Source: Lobosporangium transversale (taxonomy: Eukaryota). From it: 64,000 bases of DNA. Below, piece after piece: positions 57,675 through 64,000 of the stretch. The stretch's first letter is position 1. Each line of letters opens with the position of its first letter. The notes beneath the pieces are model-generated. The model was not told where the DNA came from. It did not search any database and saw nothing but the letters and a program-made list of their open reading frames with translations. Both the position numbers and the translations under genes were made by a program. Location: contig NW_019029009.1 in the NCBI RefSeq assembly GCF_002105155.1, positions 310,001 to 374,000 of the forward strand, given 5' to 3'.

Positions 57675-58010
57675 ATTTTCTTTTTTTATCTTTTTTACTG
57701 AAGCTTAGGGAGAGGAAGGAGTGAAGCTAAAAAAAAATAAAAAAAAAAAAAAAAAAAAGAATGGAAATGAAAGTTTAATGGGAATCCGGAAAGGAAGAAT
57801 AGAAAAGAAAAAAGATCTCACATTCTTTTTTTTTTTTTTTTTTTTTTGGTGTTCATTCTACACGTGACTATTGGGTAATTGAAGATCAATTGAAACACTG
57901 AATTAAAACCTTTTGAATTTCCATTGTTGGTCTGAGCGACTTTACGAATAAGGCTCCGCATTTCCAATATAACAAATTACAACTATTTTATTTTATTATT
58001 TAATTATCTA

Positions 58011-59125
58011 CTAACGATATGATGGTCCAGGTGGTAGACGCGTTCCTCCTTCTGATTCCAGTGACATCTTATAATTAGCTGTTTGATGATGACCTGGATA
58101 TCCTCCAACGTAGTTTGCATCCATGGCCGATGATCTTGAACCCATCTCCTCTGGGATAAACGCAGATGAAGGCCCTGATGAGGATGGATGGTTAAATTGA
58201 GCCCTATCATAAACATCTCCTGTCTGTGGATAGTACGAATTGCTTGTCAGTGGTGGCTGTATTTGCTGTTGCTGCTGGTATTGAGGCTGATAGTGCTGAT
58301 AAGTTGTGTTCTGGAAGGGATCTTGTGCTTGATAATAGTTTGTGGAGGGAGCGCCAGACATCTGGGGCGGCGGTGGTGATTGATAGTACGCTCCACCGTT
58401 TTTATTAGTATGCATATTGGTATTATAGTCATAACCTTGTCCCTGTCCTTGGTAATTTGAATTATTATTATTGTTATTGTTGTCATTATTATATACATGA
58501 GCCATCATAGGCGGTGTTGGTGGTAAGGGAGCGTCCCTCATTTTCTCCAACCTTTCCTTCTCAAGTCTGACCTCCTCTTTCTTTTGTTCCTCTAGCTCGA
58601 TCAACTTCAATCTCTCTGCTTTCCGTCTCTGTTTGCGCTTGTGTGAAAATATCATGTATCCAATTACACCCAGAAATGCCAGACCAAAGATCACACCAAA
58701 CGCAATTCCCACACCGTTGATCTTGCTCTTTTTGTCATCCGTCGGAACATCAGGAGGTGTAGGTGGCGCTGGTGTCCCTGGTAGGGGTGTATACTGAGCA
58801 GACCATTCCCATTGTGAAGTGGAGAGCACATAAATAGGAGGTGTAGCTCTGGCACTACTACCTGAATCCGGTACCCCGTTGGTATTGAATCCGAATAAAG
58901 ACAAAAATTGGTTACCAATAATGACACATTGATGATCTCTCACAGGTGGTGGTGAAGCTAACGACGTTTTGACCGTTGGTTGAAGCCATGTCCATGTCCT
59001 GATATCGAGCGCAAAAAAGTTGTTTGTAAGCATATCATTCGAGACGAGCGAACCCCCAAACACATAGATTGTGTTTCCATCAGCAGCTGAAATGGTTTCG
59101 AGTATCAAAAATGAAACCACATTCG

Positions 59126-59156
<31 letters not shown>

Positions 59157-60460
59157 AGTCAGTCAACACTATCAATTTCATAATACAATCTTTCTCAGAA
59201 AAATAATAAAAGATTAAAAAAAAAACACTTACAGAGCGCAACACAGTGACCATAGCGCTCTTGGGGTGTCGCGTTTGGTGTGCTTGATTGAGTTCTCTAT
59301 GACCGATAATAAATAAATAAAAAAAAAAAATAGAATAGAATAGAATAGAATAAAATAAGCATCATATTATATGACACAGTTCCCGTATGCTTTTTTTTTT
59401 TTTTTTTTTCTAATCAAGAAATAAGTTGGAATTATACCTGAAGAATGACAACCCCTGTTGCCATGTCAATGATTGGTATAGTAGAAAAGGATAACCCATT
59501 AGATCGTCCACCGGTCACCCCGCCCAATACCACAGCCTTGCCTGATGAGGGCAAGATCACCACCTTGGCGCCTGCTAGTGACCCCAAATTACGATTAACG
59601 TTGTAGCCACCATTCCCTGCTTTGGGAACAACCGACCAAGTGAGCGACTCTACGGAGCCATCGCTTCCGATGGTTACCAAATCTGCCTCTGTAACCAAGT
59701 TTGTCAACTCTGTCGCCAATGCAGAATGAGTAGAACCCTTTTGAGAGATCCAGCCACCACCGATGACCACACCTTGTCCAGTGATAGCTTTGTTATTCGT
59801 CGTTGTTGCAAGAGCGAAGCCAGGCATAGTCCGTCCTGCACCGACGATCCCCGCACCTGCTCCGGTTTGATCATACCGCCTCCCAGAGCCGTTGTTATTG
59901 GAGCCAGTTGCTTCACTCACAGCCTGGGTGACCGCAATCCATGTGCCCTTGGTAACACTGTAGGCCATCATGAATCCACCTCCTGAGGCCCCGGTGTTGA
60001 CAGAGTCTGCGTTTCCGACAGTGAGAAACGTAGCCGAGTCTGGTGTACAGGCACCGGCATGGAATCTCTGAAAAGGAGAGTAATGAGTGGTCATATTAAC
60101 CCAAACGGGTGGGTTTGAGGCTCCGGATAAAGAAAATCCTTTAGAGAGATCCAATCGAAAGTGTTGATTCGTAGTGGTGAGATAGGTTCCATCATCAGAA
60201 TAGGTCACTCCACCCTGGATATGTAGTGAGGAAGTGGTCTGACAGATAGCAAAACCACCAACGGGGCGTGGAGCGACTGCCATTGTCAGCTGTACAAAGA
60301 ATGAAGGCCATCCTACAAAGGCAAGAACTACCAAAGTAGAAATGATAGGAGAAGTAAATGAAGTGGGACGTCGTGAGAACTTTTGTGGTATGAGGAAAGA
60401 GTTCTTGTCAAGAGAAGCAGTGCTTCTGTAGTGAGAGTGCTGTGGTATGGGGAGAGACAT
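58011..60460 (-). CDS. Second Kelch-repeat type I membrane protein (3 exons; start may be the downstream Met ~60283)
   Basis: HIQGG, ERYGHCVA, IYVFGG..FFALDIRTWTW..VRDHQC; TM VGIAFGVIFGLAFLGVIGYMIF followed by HKRKQRRK. Confidence 0.82.
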
Positions 60461-61083
60461 TTTTTTTAGAGATTAAAAGACTTTATTATTACGGTGAGGA
60501 AGGGGGAAGTGAAGTCTGGCGAAGCCAAAGGAACGTAGCAGTTTGTGTTTGCTCTTTAAGAGCAACTGTCAAAATAAAGAAATTAAGCAAATCTAATGGA
60601 TGTAAAGAGTCATGCAATGGAGACAAAGAGAGGTAGAGATGAAATGAGGAATGATGAAAAAGTGGGCAAGGTGTGATCAAGCAAAGGTGTAAAAACTAAC
60701 AAGCTTTTTTATTTTGTACATGGATGAATAGAAGAGTAGAAAAGTGAGCATTCGTGAGAGCCACGAAATGATAATTAGACGGACCGAATAGCCTAAAGTT
60801 GAGGACAGTAGACAGATATTTATTATCTTATGATCCATGTCCATGAACAAGTGCATACAGGTATCGATATGCTTTTAAGGTTGTTTTTTGTTTCGTCACG
60901 GACTCCTGGGGGGCGTGAGACAATGTGAAGCTGAAACAAATTGCAAAAAAGTAAATAACAAACACAGCAGTCAGCCAGAGCAGGCAGGGCAAAGCAAAGT
61001 AGCAGCGCACAAAGCGATCGAAAAACCAAGCTAAAATATTAATCAACTTTTAGTATTTTCAATTTACACGCCAGACAGACACT

Positions 61084-61114
<31 letters not shown>

Positions 61115-61189
61115 ATCATCGCAAATGTGTGTGTGTGTGGGTATCAAAATGCCTTGAAAGCATGCCATGAAAACTAGGAATCTCTTTTT

Positions 61190-63541
61190 TTAAGTAGACC
61201 AGCCCCATTCAACAAGCTCCTCAGCTCTTGGTTGCTTGCCGTCTTTCTTGATATCAATGTTGTTGATGCCATCAAAGTGGTAACTGAGCCATTGACCTGC
61301 AGTGATCGCAATGTACCAGGACCGTGGCGAAGATATCAGGTGGAAGCAATGGTGGCCTCCTGGGACTTCTAGATATACAATAGGCGCCGTGCATGCTTTT
61401 TTTTAAAAACAATAAATAATAATAATATTAGTAAAAGTTAAATCTAGACTTCCAATGAACTATATAAAACTCAATAAGAGAAGAAAAAAAAAAAAAAAAA
61501 AAAAAAAAACTTACTTTTACGGAAATGCTGTACAAAATCTCGCGTATGCTGCACAGGTACCAATGTATCGATATCACCACTGACAAAGAAGATGATTGAA
61601 AAGACAAGCAGTTTGTCAATAAGGGATTCACGATTTGTGATAGCGCTCCAAATAAATCAACCAACCAATAAAAGGGTCTCAACTTACTGAACCACCATAC
61701 AAGGAAAGCCTGCTCCTCGAAGTGTAAATCTGGGTGAGTGATCTTTTAAGAAATTGACATCTAAATGGGGTGGTGCATGGTATAAAAGACCAGATGATCA
61801 ATGCACTATCCGTTTTTCGTTTATCTGACTTGCTTTTTTTTTTTTATTTTTTCCTGAAATAAATTCATACTTTCTTCAGATTCAGGAGATCCTTCCCGAA
61901 GTGCAACTTCCTTGATGAATCTGGTCCTGGATCTATGGTTGCAATGATCTCCTTCATCCACTAGGTTGACCACAGGGCTTAGTCCGAGGACTCCTCTGAC
62001 TGAGGTATCCACATCCTCAAATCCGGGTTGATACTCTGGCCTGTTGGCTGTGGTTGCTAACATCAGAGCTATCTGTCCTCCTGCTGAATCACCTGCAACG
62101 ACGATGTTTTGAGGATTTCCACCAAAGATTCGGATCTCATCCTTGACCCATCGTAGAGCACGTTTGCAGTCGATCAGTTGAGTTGGGTATCCTGCCTTGC
62201 TCTTTAACCGATAGTCTACCGAAACCACAATCCAGTCATATGTAATCATCTCTGTCAAAAGTGGACCCACCAACTTTTTACTGCCCATAGTCCATCCACC
62301 TCCATGCATGTAAAACTATGTAACCCCCCCAAAAAAAAAAAAAAAAAGTAAAAAAATAAAAAAAAGTTTCAGTTTTCTTTTTTTTTTTTTTTTTTTTTTT
62401 TTACTCCGCATCCGATCAGCATATGATATGGTTTCGGTCAAAACTTACAAGAACAGGTCTATCGTCTCCTGCCACGACGGAGTGAGGCTGATAAACATCC
62501 AACTCCATGTCAACAGCTGATTTCCACCCATCTGTTCTCTCTGCATCCAACCGTTCTGCTGCTGTCCAGTATGGAACTATGTTGAATAGAGATATTAAAA
62601 AATAAATAAATATGACAGCCACGATTGATTGTTCAAGTCCTTTCCCACGATAACAAGCAAAGGAATATTTACTGTTTTCATAAATGGTGCAGTCCTTTGG
62701 CCAGATGAAAGGGTTAAGGAGTTGCTGCCAGAATCTTCGTCTATATGTATATATTTGTCAAGTTATATAAAAAGAAAAAAAAAAAAAAGATATCTGATTA
62801 GTTTGTGTTGGTCTTTTTTTTTTTTTTTTTTTTTTTTTTGTCACATCATCTGCTTGCTTTTTGCTTTTTGCTTTTTGCTTTTTGCTTTTTGCTTTTTGCT
62901 TTTTGCTTTTGCTTTACGATGTAATCCCTGGGAGCTCTATCCTATCGTCACTCTTCTTAGATAGCTGATCCAAGTACTGTTGTCCTAGATCCTGAACCTC
63001 GAAGGATCGCTTGAAGAGATGTAATAGACCAACGGCTGTGATGATGTTTGTATAATAGAAGAACCGTACCAGCGAAGACTCCTCTAATTCCCAAGAGGGT
63101 TTGATTTTTGTTATTTTTTTATGTTTCATGCGATAAATGAGTAAAACATGGTTAGATGTTCATATTCTGTATAAAAAGCTTTTTTTTTTCTTTTTAATCC
63201 CTCCGGCAAAATTAATGAAATGCAACGCAACACAACACAACGCAACGCAACGCAACGCAATGCAACTTACGAAATGTACCGGTGAGAGTCAACCACGTGT
63301 AAAAACAGGCGTCCATGCACATGACGGACAATGGTAATTCGGATAGCTGGTTACTTAGTATACAGAGGACCCAATTAACTTTACGGTATCGAGTAGCGGC
63401 TCCTGTGATAGCGACCCAGGTCAGAGCCATGGTGACAAAGGATGCTATTGCATAGGACAAAGCCCAAGATGACTTTGCCAAGTACATATTCAAGCTGATC
63501 AGGGTCATGATAACTCCAGTCTGTCCTGCAGCCATTGCCAT
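61190..63541 (-). CDS. Membrane-anchored alpha/beta hydrolase (HSL/GDXG esterase family), multi-exon
   Basis: N-terminal TM segments; LDVYQP, HGGGW, GDSAGG nucleophile elbow, GDIDTLVP, VPGGHHCF. Confidence 0.9.
62856..62913. repeat. Intronic microsatellite (GCTTTTT)n
   Basis: Directly visible tandem array. Confidence 0.9.
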
Positions 63542-63783
63542 TTGCGATAGCTCCTTTGTAATAAATAATTGCTGAAAAGTTTTTGTAGTTTAGGAGAGAG
63601 AAAGGGGAAAAGGTCGTTATGATGTTGATAATAATGCAATTGAGGATGAGATGAAAGATAAAAAGCAAAAAAAAAAAAAAAAAATGTTTTTGTGGGGTAA
63701 GAAAAATGTTTTATAAAGAATTTCTTTGAGTATCAAAGCAAGGTGTCTCCTTTAGTTCGTTGTCACTACAGAAGTGAAAAAGA

Positions 63784-63799
63784 ATGAAATGGGAATTGG

Positions 63800-63832
<33 letters not shown>

Positions 63833-64000
63833 CAATGGGTAATGGAGTGATTCTTTTTTCTTTTGTCCCCTCTCCTTTTCCCCTTGGACAATGTTATAAC
63901 GGGTCGAAAAGAAGTTTAGAAAAGAAAGCGCATTGATTACAAAAAAGGGTTATTCCCATAAACAAAGATTTGCATTATGATGGGGTCGAAGGGGGTTTGT
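63784..64000. repeat. Direct-repeat partner of 15541-15747, upstream of the hydrolase gene; truncated by window edge
   Basis: Base-by-base match as described for 15541-15747. Confidence 0.95.

Overview
Eukaryotic, intron-rich fungal DNA with long poly-A/T tracts. Gene content and an rDNA relic beginning TCGATCTCAAATCAAGT point to an early-diverging fungus, probably Mortierellaceae (inference). About 18 protein-coding genes are supportable: LIM/C1/RhoGAP, two Kelch-repeat membrane proteins, a CHD6-9/Kismet-type remodeller, Tctex-1, HSF, cytosolic Hsp70, an adenylate kinase-like protein, Gon7-like, DYS1, NDUFB8, ERCC1/Rad10, iPGM, an alpha/beta hydrolase and several hypotheticals. The unusual part is a ~10.7 kb island with no intact gene (10.4-21.2 kb). 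It holds a near-perfect fold-back with 1,679-bp arms (11928-13606 / 13767-15445, 160-bp spacer) whose arms carry a heavily decayed 5' 28S rRNA fragment. An offset 97-bp outer arm follows, fused directly to a copy of DNA found 48 kb away at the window end. After that come several pseudogene fragments, including a Fanzor/TnpB-like RuvC-II/Zn-finger exon relic. A MULE-like transposase relic lies at ~47.5-48.2 kb. All family assignments are from motif recognition by eye; no searches were run.
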